Positions 25,801 to 37,309 of a stretch of DNA of 64,000 nucleotides are shown piece after piece. Position numbers and translations under genes: made by a program. Numbering within the stretch: position 1 is the first letter of the stretch; each line of letters starts with the position of its first letter. The stretch covers positions 2,182,617 through 2,246,616 of the forward strand of contig CM074818.1 in assembly GCA_037447605.1 (NCBI GenBank). Reading direction: 5' to 3'. The notes beneath the pieces are model-generated. The model saw only the letters and a list, made by a program, of their open reading frames with translations. It was not told where the DNA came from and did not search any database. The DNA comes from Zygnema circumcarinatum SAG 698-1b (Eukaryota > Plantae > Zygnematophyceae).

Positions 25801-26408
25801 CGCCTCCATAGACAACTTCGTCCATCCTTACTCCTTCCGCCTCTCCTCCCTCGCTTTTTTTCTATCCCTATCTGCTTTGGATGGCAATAAACTTTCTACT
25901 CACCCTAAAACCCTGAAAGTCTATCCTTAAACGACCGTAAGACAGCAACTTTTTAAACCTACAGGCTATCACTATCCCTTGAAGTTACTCTCTCCTTAAC
26001 TAATGGATGTGGCACTATCGCTGAGCTTTTGCAGAACGACTGACAAAGCAGAGTGATGTCTACGCATTTGGAGTTCTCATATTGGAGATGCTCACTGGAA
26101 GAGGGGCCATGGACCAAACTGAAGTTGGACCCCAACGTCTTGCCATCTCCATGCAGCCATTCATTCAACCAAATGCTCCAAAAGTCGAGTCTATCGTTGA
26201 CCCTAATCTCCAATATGAATTTACATCTAGAAATTTACTAAGGCCGGCCCAAACTCTTGCCGTTTTGGCGTACCGATGTATAGTGGAACAGGTTAAATTG
26301 CGACCCCAAATGAGTGAGGTAGTGAAAGAGATAAGTCTAATATCCGGCGGAGGGCATTCAATTCTTAGTAAGGAAAGTAGGGAGGGCTCACCGGAGAGCG
26401 GCGGGTGA
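22884..26408 (+). CDS. Receptor-like cytoplasmic Ser/Thr kinase 1 (RLCK-VII/PBL-like), 6 exons
   Basis: Exons 22884-23031 (boundary uncertain), 23263-23477, 24167-24299, 24858-24991, 25547-25664 and 26035-26408. Motifs [58 protein letters not shown] and SDVYAFG. MGC N-terminus. Confidence 0.88.
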
Positions 26409-27427
26409 ATAAGAGCTCCTCCCTTTACATGTATAGGTCTTTTTTTTAATATATATGATAGGCTTTGCAAATTATGTAAGGCAGAGTTCAGTGAGGTAGA
26501 ATAATAGGAGATTATGAATGGTACTCATTCAGAATCTTCATTAGTCTTATTGTATTGGGTTTTGCTCAAGATATAGTATGAAGTTCGTGCTTGGTTAGGA
26601 GGAGGGTCTGAGTCTAGGAGGGGGCCCTCACAGAGCTGGATTACATGTTGTGTACAGTTACAGTTATGCCATGGCTACAGGGGACATGCGTGCTCGCATG
26701 CATACATGTATGCATGCCAGCGCACATGCCATGCCAAAATAAAGTGAAGTTAGAAGATGTAGAAAGGAAAAACAAAACTTGCAACAGAGAGTGGGATGTA
26801 TGCAGGTGTGAGAGGGAGAGAGAGAGGGGGAGAGGGGAGAGAGAGATGGCATGCATGAATGCCTTCATGCAGGATCGTATGTACGTATGTATGTATGTAT
26901 GTATGCATGGCATGGGATGGCACTGGTGGACATCATGGACATGTAATGCATCCGCGCTTGGGCACTTCCCACCATTCGATATCATCCGTGCAGATCGGGC
27001 GCATCGCAGCCGTTGGATCTTCGCAGATTTTGTGACCAGCAAGTACGAATACAATGTAGCGCAGTTTGTGGTTGGTCAGTTTAGCCATGTGACTAAGGAA
27101 TCCATGGCTAATTTGGTACTTTCGAAAATGAGACTTACGGTCCGGATCAGTTTTTCTGACAGATTGCATTCTGACCGTTGGATCTAAACCAAGATCTGTC
27201 TTTTAGCTCCTCTTGACCGTCCGATGTATCCGAAAATTCGATTCGTTCTGAAATTTTCTGGGGAAAATAAAGATACTGTACGAATGAAATATCCATTGTC
27301 AGAAACCGTACAGAAAGCGTACACGAAAAGCAATCATTGTATGTACAAACCGTACAGTCACGGGCGGCAGCGCAGGCTCTCCCTCTCAAAGCCAGCCGCG
27401 GGCAGAAAAAAAATTGTCGTTTCTTAG

Positions 27428-27707
27428 GACACGTGTCGGCAAATCTCGTCGTCTTCTACGGAGAAACCGAGGTTTGGTCAAAATAAGGTTTCAAGCTTCA
27501 GCGATAAATTGCCACGTGTCGCGCGGAGAGTCGCCGCACTTGCCGGGGTTCAGAGAAACCGCCACGTTTCTCGCTTTGAGTGGCTGCAAACCGCCACGTG
27601 TCTTTAAGAGAGTGGCCGCAAGTCCCAGAGGTTTTGGCCGAGTTTTGCGAGAAGCGCCACGTGTCGCACCGACATTGCCTGCAAGTCTGGGGGTTTGCTG
27701 ACGTGTC
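27428..27707 (+). promoter_or_regulatory. Cluster of ABRE/G-box-like ACGTGTC motifs upstream of kinase 2
   Basis: ACGTGTC at about 27431, 27514, 27596, 27659 and 27701, plus gccacgtttc at 27561. The ATG is at 27771. Confidence 0.5.
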
Positions 27708-27770
27708 GTGCGGGGAGTGGCTGCAAGGCCGCGGGTTTGACTTTGTTTCACCGCGCAGTGAGGTGGCGCA

Positions 27771-30700
27771 ATGGGGTGCGCGTATTCGCGCGTGGAGGAG
27801 GAGGCCAAGGCGGAGCCCCCGCAGGAGGGGCCGCCAGGTACGAAACTGAGGTTTAGGGTTTAGGGTTTAAGGTTTTAGGTTTAGGACGGACTTGAACCCT
27901 GAAGGGAATGAAGTGAAAAATGAGGAATTGGGAGGGTTCAGGGAATAAGGGTTCCAGGCTTTGGATTTGGGGTGTTTTGGGTTTTGGATAGTCGGTGTGG
28001 GGTTTGGGTATGAGGGGAGTAAAATGGGGGGGGGGGGGGTAAGAGAGAGGAGAGTTGTGAGGAGATGGGGGAGGTAGGGAAGGGGTGGGGGAGAGGAGAG
28101 GGAGGGAGGGGAAAAGGAGGAGGGGAGTGGCGGGGAAGTGGGTGAAGGGGCGAGGAGAGGGGAGAGAGAGAAGGGGAGAGGAGAGGGAGGAGGGGAAGGG
28201 GGGAGAGGAGAGGGAGGGGGGAAGAGGAGGGGAGGAGGGCTGCAAGTAGTGGGGGAGAAAGAGAAGAGAAGGAGAAATTGAAGGGGAGAGGGGAGGGAGG
28301 GGGGAGTGAAGGAGAAGGGAGAACGTGAGTGCAAGGAGGGGGAGTGGGAGAAGGGGAGGGGAGAGGGAGGCGGGAGGAAGAAGGGGGGAGGAAGAAGGGA
28401 TAAGGGGAGAGAAAGGGAGGAAGGGGGGACGGAGGAGGGGGATCGGGAAGGGAGAAGAGGGGGAGAGGGAGAGGAGAGGAGGAGAGCTGGAAGTAAGGGA
28501 GAAGAGGGGAGTGCGGGAAAGTGGAGAAGAGGAGGGTGGGGGGGAAGGGGAGAGGTGGGAGGGCTCTGAGTGGGACAAAAAAAAGGCGAGTAGGGGGAAG
28601 AAGAGGGAGGGAGAGAGAAGAAGGAGCGGAAGGAGGATGGCGGGGCGTATGAGAAAGAAAGAAAAGGGTGAAGGGAGCAATGGAGAGGGAGTGGAGGGAG
28701 AGCAGAAGCGAAGTAAAGGTAGATGTAGATAGGGAGGAGAGGAAAGAGAGAGAGAGTTAGAAGTTAACCTAAGGTAGTAGGCAGCAGACTACCACCCTCT
28801 ACCTCGTCCCACCTTTCCTTACTTTTTATCTCCTCTCCTGCCACCCTCCAAACACTCCCATTTGACCGAAAGAAGCTAACCCTAATACCTCCCTCTCCCT
28901 CTCCCTCTCACCTCCTGCAGATTCGCACACTCCCTCCCTAAGCAAAGAGCTGATTGAGTTTACTTTGGAGGAGCTGGCCCAAGCCACGAGTGACTTTAGC
29001 GAGGAGATGGTTCTCGGGGAGGGCGGCTTTGGGAGGGTTTACAAAGGACTGCTGGCGGAGCCGTACAATGGGGAGGTGGCTGTGAAGAGGCTGAAGCCGG
29101 ACAGTGTGCAGGGGCAGGACGAGTGGCTGGTGGGTGAGAGGGAGAGCGGGAAGGAGAGGGAGAGAGAGGCTGAGGGAGGGGGGAAGGAGAGAGAGAGAGA
29201 GAGGGGAGGCTAAGCGGTTAAACCTTGAAAAACCCTTAAGTCCCGAAAAGTCTTAAAAACCCAGCTCTGGAGAGAGAGGGAGAGGGGAGGCTAAGCGGTC
29301 AAACCTTGAAAAACCCTTAAGTCCCGAAAAGTCTTAAAAACCCAGCTCTTGAAATCTACATGTACTTTCCTTTATGGAAATTAAACGTTGATTAGATAGC
29401 TTGTTTTAAAAATGAATCACATAATACGCCTTCATCGAGTCGTCGTCTTTTTTTTCATTTTCATTATTTTATTCATTTTTTCTGTTTTTTTTTTTTCCCT
29501 TTGGCCAGCAAGAGATCCGCGTGCTCGCCCCCCTGGGCCACCCCCGCCTTGTCCAACTCCTCGGGTTCTGCCAGCAGGAGGGGGAGGGCCTGCTCGTGTA
29601 CGAGTACGTTCCCAACGGAAGCCTCGACTACCACCTCTTCCGTGGGTGGCCCAAGCCGTCCCACAACATTGCTCTCATGCAAAAAGAAGAGACCAACAAG
29701 AAGAGAGAGAGTGCCCATCTAGGAGTGGGAGTAGAGCATGTTGTATAGTCGGGTTGGGGTTGTTTGACTATTGTTCCTTTCGCTCTTCGCTTTCTCACCC
29801 TCCCCTTCCTCCTTCCCTCCATTCCCTCCCTCCCCTCCTTCCCTCCTTCCCCTCCCTCCCTCCGTTCCCCACCCTCCCCTCCCTCCATCCTTCCCTCCTT
29901 TCCTCCCACTCCTACCTCCCTCTCTCCCGCCCCTCCATCCCCCCCTCCCTACCCCTCCTCCCTCCCTTCCTCCTCTCTCGCTTCTCTCTCCCTCACGTTC
30001 ACCCCCCTTGTCTCCCTCCACGCAGGCGACCTGGACTTCGGCCTGAAGCCCCTCTCTTGGGAGGTGCGGCTGCGCATTGCCGTGCATGCGGCCGAGGGCC
30101 TCGCATACCTCCACGAGCACAACATCATACATCGCGACTTTAAAGCACCCAACATCTTGCTGGATGAGGTGAGGCATACCTTCCTGTGGTGTTTGCGTTG
30201 CCTCTCCCTCTCCCTCACCCTCTCCTTCTCCCTCTCCTCACCCTCCTTCCCGCTGCCCCGCACCGACCTCTTTCGTTTCCTCTCCCATCCACTTTTCTTC
30301 TTCCACCCCCTACTTGCCACACCCTCGCACCAGCCCGCTTCCTCCACCTTTCCCTCGACGGTCAGTCTCGGCCTTGGCCTGCTCCCGCATCGTCACTCCC
30401 TCTCTCATCTACCTCCCTCCCTCTCCTTCCCCCTCCCCCCTCCCCCCTCCCCACTCCCCCCTCCCCTCCCTCCCCTCCCCCTCCCCCCCTCCCCCTCCTC
30501 CTCCCCCTCCCCCTCCTCCCTCCCCCTCCCCCTCCCCCCTCCCCCTCCTCCCCTCCCCCCTCCCCCCTCCCCCTGCCCCTCCCCCTCCCCCCTCCCCCCT
30601 CCCCACTCCCCCCCTCCCCCTCCTCCCTCCTCCCCTCCACCCCTCCTCCCTCCTCCCTCCCTCCCTCCTCCCCTCCCCCTCCCCTCCCCCTCCCTCCTCC

Positions 30701-31955
30701 CCCTCCCCCTCCCCCTGCCCCTCCCCCTGCCCCTCCCCCTCCCCCTCCCCCTCCCCACTCCCCCCCTCCCCCTCCTCCCTCCCCCTCCCCCTCCCCCTCC
30801 TCCTCCCCCTCCCCCTCCCTCCTCCCTCCCCCCTCCTCCTCCCCCTCCCCCCCTCCTCCCTCCCCCCCTCCCCTCCCCCCTCCCCCCTCCCCCCTCCCCT
30901 CCCCCCTCCTCCCTCCCCCTCCCCTCCCCCTCCTCCCTCCCCCTCCCCCTCCCCCTGCCCCTCCCCCTCCCCCTCCTCCTCCCCCTCCCCCCTCCCCCCC
31001 TCCCCCTCCCCTCCCCTCCCCCTCCCCCTCCCCCCTCCTCCCCCTCCCCTCCCCCTCCTCCCTCCCCCTCCCCCTCCCCCTCCTCCTCCCCCTCCCCCTC
31101 CCCCTGCCCCCTCCCCCTCCCCCCTCCCTCCTCCCCCTCCCCCCTCCCCTCCCCCTCCCCCCTCCCCCCTCCCCCTCCCCCCTCCCCCTCCCCTCCCCCT
31201 CCGAGGAGAGCTCATTCCAACTGGGTGTGTCCCCGCATGTCTCGAGCAGCACTTCAACGCGAAGGTGACAGACTTCGGTTTGGCGAAAGTGACGGACACA
31301 GATAGGACGCACGACACCACGCGAATCATGGGCACTCTCGGCTACTTGGATCCCGAATACATGGTCACAGGTATGGCTCATTCCCTCCCTCCCTCCATAC
31401 CTACATCCCTCCCTCCCTCCCTCCTTTCCTTCCTCCCTCCATACCTACATCCCTCCCTCCTCCCCTCCCAAGCGCCGCAGAGCGCTATCGGTCGCCTGTT
31501 CCCTCCCATGTTCTCCTTCCCCCTTCCTCCCTTTCCTCCCCCTCCCTCCGAAATCATCAACCACTTTCCGTGCTTATCTTTCCCCTCACTCCATGGTTCC
31601 TATCCCCTCATCTTTCGCTTGCTTTGCAGGTCACCTCACTAAGCAAAGCGATGTTTATGCCTTTGGAGTCCTCCTATTGGAGCTTCTTTCTGGAAGACGT
31701 GCGGTAGACCAGCAAGACTCCAAGGCGGAGCCTTTGGCTGAATGGGCGCAGCCGTTCATTCAACAAGCAAAGCCCGACATCAATGTATTGATCGATCCCG
31801 ACCTAAGGGATCAGTTCACTAATAAGAAAAACCTAAAATCTGCTCAAATAGTCGCTAAGGTTGCGGACCACTGTATCTCAGCAGATCATAGACAAAGGCC
31901 CCCCATGGGGGAGATGGTGAAGATGTTGGAGAAGTGCATCAAAGGAGAGGTGTAG
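27771..31955 (+). CDS. Receptor-like cytoplasmic Ser/Thr kinase 2 (RLCK-VII/PBL-like), 6 exons
   Basis: Exons 27771-27837, 28921-29129, 29509-29641, 30026-30168, 31250-31370 and 31630-31955, all in frame. Motifs [51 protein letters not shown] and SDVYAFG. Intron positions and phases match kinase 1. Confidence 0.92.
30405..31202. repeat. ~800-bp almost purely C/T low-complexity tract (ccctcc-type) in kinase 2 intron 4
   Basis: Read directly from the sequence; it lies between the exon ending 30168 and the exon starting 31250. Confidence 0.9.
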
Positions 31956-32534
31956 ATAGGACGAGAGAGAAAGGGAGGGGAGAGGGTGGTGGGAGACGGT
32001 AAAGACGGAGTGGGGGAGAGGGGATAGAGGGAGAGGGAGAGGGAGAGGGGGGAAGACGGAGGGGGGGAGAGGGGGAGGGGGGTGAAAGAGGGAAGGACAC
32101 CCTGGAGAAGCTGCCATGGCGGATTAATAAGGTTAGTTGTCAACATGGAAGGAGGGGCTGCCTGCAGTTTGTTGCAATAAAGGTGCCGTAAAACCGAACA
32201 TGTTGAGAAATTGTTGAACGAGTTTACTTAATTTCTCAATTCTCAATCTTATTGAATAGTGTTGAACTTTGAACACGAGAGGTCGAAACTCTTTCGATTT
32301 AAGAAGGCGAAAAGTCTCAAGGAAAAAGTTCAAAGACTCAATGTGTTCGGTCGCACGTGTGGATTCCACTTTTTTCCACGTTGGTTCCGTGCGATTCGAG
32401 GGATCCGGGCTACTTTTGTACTGTACCGGAGTCCCATTTTTTCCGTACGACAGGTCAAGCGAGCAGATAAAACATTTCTGTACGGATGTTCGGGTCCACG
32501 CGCTTTGCGATCCGCTAAAATCTCNNNNNNNNNN

Positions 32535-33885
32535 CCCTCCCCCTCCCCCTCCGAGGAGAGCTCATTCCAACTGGGTGTGTCCCCGCATGTCTCGAGCAGC
32601 ACTTCAACGCGAAGGTGACAGACTTCGGTTTGGCGAAAGTGACGGACACAGATAGGACGCACGACACCACGCGAATCATGGGCACTCTCGGCTACTTGGA
32701 TCCCGAATACATGGTCACAGGTATGGCTCATTCCCTCCCTCCCTCCATACCTACATCCCTCCCTCCCTCCCTCCTTTCCTTCCTCCCTCCATACCTACAT
32801 CCCTCCCTCCTCCCCTCCCAAGCGCCGCAGAGCGCTATCGGTCGCCTGTTCCCTCCCATGTTCTCCTTCCCCCTTCCTCCCTTTCCTCCCCCTCCCTCCG
32901 AAATCATCAACCACTTTCCGTGCTTATCTTTCCCCTCACTCCATGGTTCCTATCCCCTCATCTTTCGCTTGCTTTGCAGGTCACCTCACTAAGCAAAGCG
33001 ATGTTTATGCCTTTGGAGTCCTCCTATTGGAGCTTCTTTCTGGAAGACGTGCGGTAGACCAGCAAGACTCCAAGGCGGAGCCTTTGGCTGAATGGGCGCA
33101 GCCGTTCATTCAACAAGCAAAGCCCGACATCAATGTATTGATCGATCCCGACCTAAGGGATCAGTTCACTAATAAGAAAAACCTAAAATCTGCTCAAATA
33201 GTCGCTAAGGTTGCGGACCACTGTATCTCAGCAGATCATAGACAAAGGCCCCCCATGGGGGAGATGGTGAAGATGTTGGAGAAGTGCATCAAAGGAGAGG
33301 TGTAGATAGGACGAGAGAGAAAGGGAGGGGAGAGGGTGGTGGGAGACGGTAAAGACGGAGTGGGGGAGAGGGGATAGAGGGAGAGGGAGAGGGAGAGGGG
33401 GGAAGACGGAGGGGGGGAGAGGGGGAGGGGGGTGAAAGAGGGGGGGTGAAAGAGGGAAGGACACCCTGGAGAAGCTGCCATGGCGGATTAATAAGGTTAG
33501 TTGTCAACATGGAAGGAGGGGCTGCCTGCAGTTTGTTGCAATAAAGGTGCCGTAAAACCGAACATGTTGAGAAATTGTTGAACGAGTTTACTTAATTTCT
33601 CAATTCTCAATCTTATTGAATAGTGTTGAACTTTGAACACGAGAGGTCGAAACTCTTTCGATTTAAGAAGGCGAAAAGTCTCAAGGAAAAAGTTCAAAGA
33701 CTCAATGTGTTCGGTCGCACGTGTGGATTCCACTTTTTTCCACGTTGGTTCCGTGCGATTCGAGGGATCCGGGCTACTTTTGTACTGTACCGGAGTCCCA
33801 TTTTTTCCGTACGACAGGTCAAGCGAGCAGATAAAACATTTCTGTACGGATGTTCGGGTCCACGCGCTTTGCGATCCGCTAAAAT
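32535..33885 (+). other. Near-identical second copy of ~31190-32524 (last two kinase 2 exons) after an N gap; probable assembly overlap
   Basis: Starts immediately after the 10-N gap at 32525-32534. Coding parts read as identical; the only difference I noticed is in a purine run near 33420. Confidence 0.7.
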
Positions 33886-33941
33886 CTCATTGTTGATCGG
33901 TGGACCCAAGGAAAACTCAAATTAAACACGAACAATAATTA

Positions 33942-34941
33942 CAGGCTCCTCACGTTATAGTGACCGTGTCGGTCCCCACGTGTCACTATATCCGTAATGA
34001 CCCGTTTGTAATTTACATTTATAGTGACAATGTAATTACAGATGTTTTGCGGTATATCCGTACAACTGTGATACCGTACATTGTACTTTTTGGGCAGTCG
34101 TCTCGTGGGTACAGTACAGTAGGTGTCTACGAACCCTAGTGAGCATGTGTACAGTCAACAGTCCTCATATTTTCGCCATGGTTTTGGCAAATATGAGGCG
34201 AAAATATTGATTTTTGCAAATAGATGGTTCGTGTTACCAATAGACGGGCGGTATTGTTAGAGTTCATGTTAGAGTTCATGTTGGACCGTACGTATCGTAC
34301 CATACCGTATCGTACCGTATCGTACCGTATCGTTCAGTATCGTGTCATATCGTCTCGTATCGGAGCCAAGAAGGAGGAAAGACGAGCGAGCGCCTCTTAC
34401 GGCGGCACGAGCGGGAAGATTCGGTGAGTTTTGCTGAAGCCCGTAACGGCTAGTACAGCAAGTACGGCACGTACGGCTAGTACGGCTAGTACGGCTAGTA
34501 CGGTTTTTAGGGTTTCTAGGGTTTTAGGGTTTTAGGGGTACGGATAGTACGGATACTACGGCTAACACAGAGTTACCGTACAAAAAGGTGGTTTCGGCAA
34601 AATCGGGGCGAATTTCTTGGGGACGCACTGTACAGGGTGGAAAATATGAGGACTGTTGACTGTACAGTCAAGTTGATGCGTACGGTCAAATCGATATCTG
34701 ACGGTATTTGTCGATAATGTGTACGGTCCTAATGTATTCCTAACGCATATTCCGATACGTGGGTGGATAATATCGAGATTTTGAAGGTATAGTAACAATT
34801 AGTGCTTTTCAAATGTCATTATATCCGTAATGGCGTCACTACTGGCGCAGGATTTGCAGTGGTGCAATTCCGTTCCCGAAAAAAATGTCAGTATATTCAG
34901 GTTGTTATTATAAACAGTGTCACTATAACGTGAGTAGCCTG
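33942..34941. mobile_element. Non-autonomous Tc1/mariner-like element, 1000 bp
   Basis: TIR caggctcctcacgttatagtgac / gtcactataacgtgagtagcctg (23 bp, 1 mismatch), with TA on both sides. Confidence 0.8.
34152..34662. mobile_element. Nested Tc1/mariner-like MITE (family D), 511 bp
   Basis: Perfect 23-bp TIR cagtcaacagtcctcatattttc with a TA TSD. The interior (cgtat and tacggctag repeats) is shared with elements at 47.1-47.5 kb and 56.4-58.5 kb. Confidence 0.88.
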
Positions 34942-35533
34942 TAATGGGAAAATTTCATTGAACTCGCGAGGCCATCAAATGTACATAGACAAAAGCAAAA
35001 TGTGGAACCACGAGGGACTGGTCGCAAAGGACCGAAACACAATAAAACGCAGCTAGGAGCGGAAAACTACGCCAATACAATAATTAATTGTTCAATGTTA
35101 CAATATTATAAATATATACATATACAATATTTCAATGCATTTTTTTTTTAGATACACAAACTCTGCACTACTCCCGAGCCACTTGAGAATACACCCTTAT
35201 CCTGCGAAGCCATCTGCACATTCTACTCTAATAAGCTGCCAATCTATAAGGCCACATTTGCGGCAACACTCCCCTCCGTCCCGAAGCTCTCAACACTTCA
35301 CCTGAGTTTCCAGGTGAGCCCTAAAAGCCTTAAAAACTCTATGAAACCCTAAAAAATGTCCGCCTCCCTCCACGGCCGTCACGTCCTTCCTTTGCAGCTG
35401 CCCCCAGCCGCACCATGTCCCCAAATTTCCCACCATCCTATCTTCTGCCTCCGTGCATAAATCTATCCGTGCTTCCGCCCGGCCATACAGACAAGTGGCC
35501 AAAGTGGCCAGTGACGTGATTGACTTCGTGTCC

Positions 35534-36286
35534 TTACGACACGAGGTCAATCAGGTCTATGGCGGCACTGCTTGGATCAATCATCATCCTCACGGGGCCA
35601 GCCAATGCTTTAGCGAATAGCCCGGAAAAACCGTGACTCCCCGTCACAACAAGCGCGCTTTCTTGAAGGGCGAAGCGCACAACCAAGTTGGGGCCGCACA
35701 GATAATTGGAGTGCTTGCATAGTCGGTATAACCTGTCCGCTGGGGAGCGTCCGAGACTCGGCTTTGAGTGTTGAAGGGGCCCTTCAAATCTCAATTCGTG
35801 AATGGGAGCGCCGGTGCCCACTATCTCCACCCGCCACTGGACCTTCTCCGGTTTCGACTTCGCTGCTGAAATGTGATACACACTGTGTGACCTTTTGCCT
35901 CTGCTCAGCAACGTCTGCTGGTAAGTGACGATATGGTATTGGCCCGGCTGCGACTCCACAGCTCGTATTTGAAAAAAGGATTCGAACGAGACACTTCTGA
36001 GAGGACTGCTGACGACAAAACAATTATCTGAAAGTCTCTTCGCTTTTGTATCCTCCGCGAGTAGACACTTGTCCCGAGCTTCATGGTGGAAGATTTTCCA
36101 TATCCCATCCACGCCTTCCAATTCGAAGCTATAGACAGTGAGCAGGGAATCCTCCTCCTCCTTCAGCAGCTGCGTGTAGCCGCACTTTGTCGCGCCTGGA
36201 ACGATGCTTCTCTCCTTATAGCGTATGCGGATCTGCGTGCCGGTAGGGAACGGGTCGGCGGAGGAAGAACTAGACTTCGCCGCCAT
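35534..36286 (-). CDS. Hypothetical protein A1 (250 aa, single coding exon), family not recognised
   Basis: Non-repetitive 250-codon ORF. Its full-length paralog at 41116-41862 is about 75% identical by manual alignment, and all indels preserve frame. Confidence 0.75.
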   Translation of the reverse strand: MAAKSSSSSADPFPTGTQIRIRYKERSIVPGATKCGYTQLLKEEEDSLLTVYSFELEGVDGIWKIFHHEARDKCLLAEDTKAKRLSDNCFVVSSPLRSVSFESFFQIRAVESQPGQYHIVTYQQTLLSRGKRSHSVYHISAAKSKPEKVQWRVEIVGTGAPIHELRFEGPLQHSKPSLGRSPADRLYRLCKHSNYLCGPNLVVRFALQESALVVTGSHGFSGLFAKALAGPVRMMIDPSSAAIDLIDLVS

Positions 36287-36349
36287 AGGGGCGCGATATT
36301 CTCTCCTTCAAAAGCTCTCTCCCTTTCTGTCGGCGCTATCCCCTCTCTC

Positions 36350-37060
36350 CGTTTATGCTCCCTCTCTTCTCCCTCTCCCTCTCTGCTCCCACTCTGATTC
36401 TTTACCTCTCTCCTCCCTGTACCTCTCTGCTCCCTCTCCCTCTCTGCTCCCACTCTGCTTCTTTTCCTCTCTCCTCCCTGTACCTCTCTGCTCCCTCTGC
36501 CTCTCTGCTCCCTCTCTGCTTCCTCTCCCTCTCTCCTCCCTCTCCCTATCTGAGCCCTCTCTGCTCCCTCTCCCTCTCTGCTCCCACTCTGCTTCTTTTC
36601 CTCTCTCCTCCCTGTACCTCTCTGCTCCCTCTGCCTCTCTGCTCCCTCTCCCTCTCTGCTCCCACTCTGCTTCTTTTCCTCTCTCCTCCCTGTACCTCTC
36701 TGCTCCCTCTGCCTCTCTGCTCCCTCTCTGCTTCCTCTCCCTCTCTGCTCCCACTCTGCTTCTTTTCCTCTCTCCTCCCTGTACCTCTCTGCTCCCTCTG
36801 CCTCTCTGCTCCCTCTCTGCTTCCTCTCCCTCTCTCCTCCCTCTCCCTATCTGAGCCCTCTCTGCTCCCTCTCCCTCTCTGCTCCCACTCTGCTTCTTTT
36901 CCTCTCTCCTCCCTGTACCTCTCTGCTCCCTCTGCCTCTCTGCTCCCTCTCTGCTTCCTCTCCCTCTCTCCTCCCTCTCCCTATCTGAGCCCTCTCTGCT
37001 CCCTCTCCCTCTATCCTCCCTCTCTCCTCCGTCTCTCTTTATGCTCCCCTCTCCTCCTCG
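36350..37060. repeat. Higher-order CT-rich tandem repeat 5' of gene A1
   Basis: Recurring blocks such as ctgctcccactctgcttcttttcctctctcctccctgtacctct. A shorter related tract lies at 41930-42200, 5' of A2. Confidence 0.8.
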
Positions 37061-37309
37061 CTTTTCTCGCGCCTCTCTCTCTGCAGCAGCTCTCCCTCCC
37101 AGCGAGCTCGCTTTGCTTTCCAGCCGTCTCTCTCTCTCTCTCATAAATCACTCCCGCCCTTAGTACGGCCGCGAGCCGCTGCTGGTCGCCGTATTCGTGA
37201 CAGCCGGTTTGAAAAAATAATAATAATCCGTACACTCGCTTTTACGGTACACGACGACGAAGGGTCCGAGTCAGCATGACGCCGTGCTCTGATTCGCTGT
37301 CCGCAGATT

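Noticed and set aside
29764-31642. Extensin-like proline-rich or glycine-rich ORFs
   Set aside because: These are translations of a C-rich intron tract lying between in-frame kinase exons, with no SP4/Tyr motifs or signal peptide.
32535-33885. Third kinase gene or a real partial duplication
   Set aside because: Near-identical to the sequence just before the 10-N gap and begins mid-intron; most simply an unmerged contig overlap. Long reads would be needed to exclude a very recent duplication.
36225-37146. 263-aa repetitive ORFs on both strands
   Set aside because: Products of the CT-rich higher-order repeat upstream of A1.
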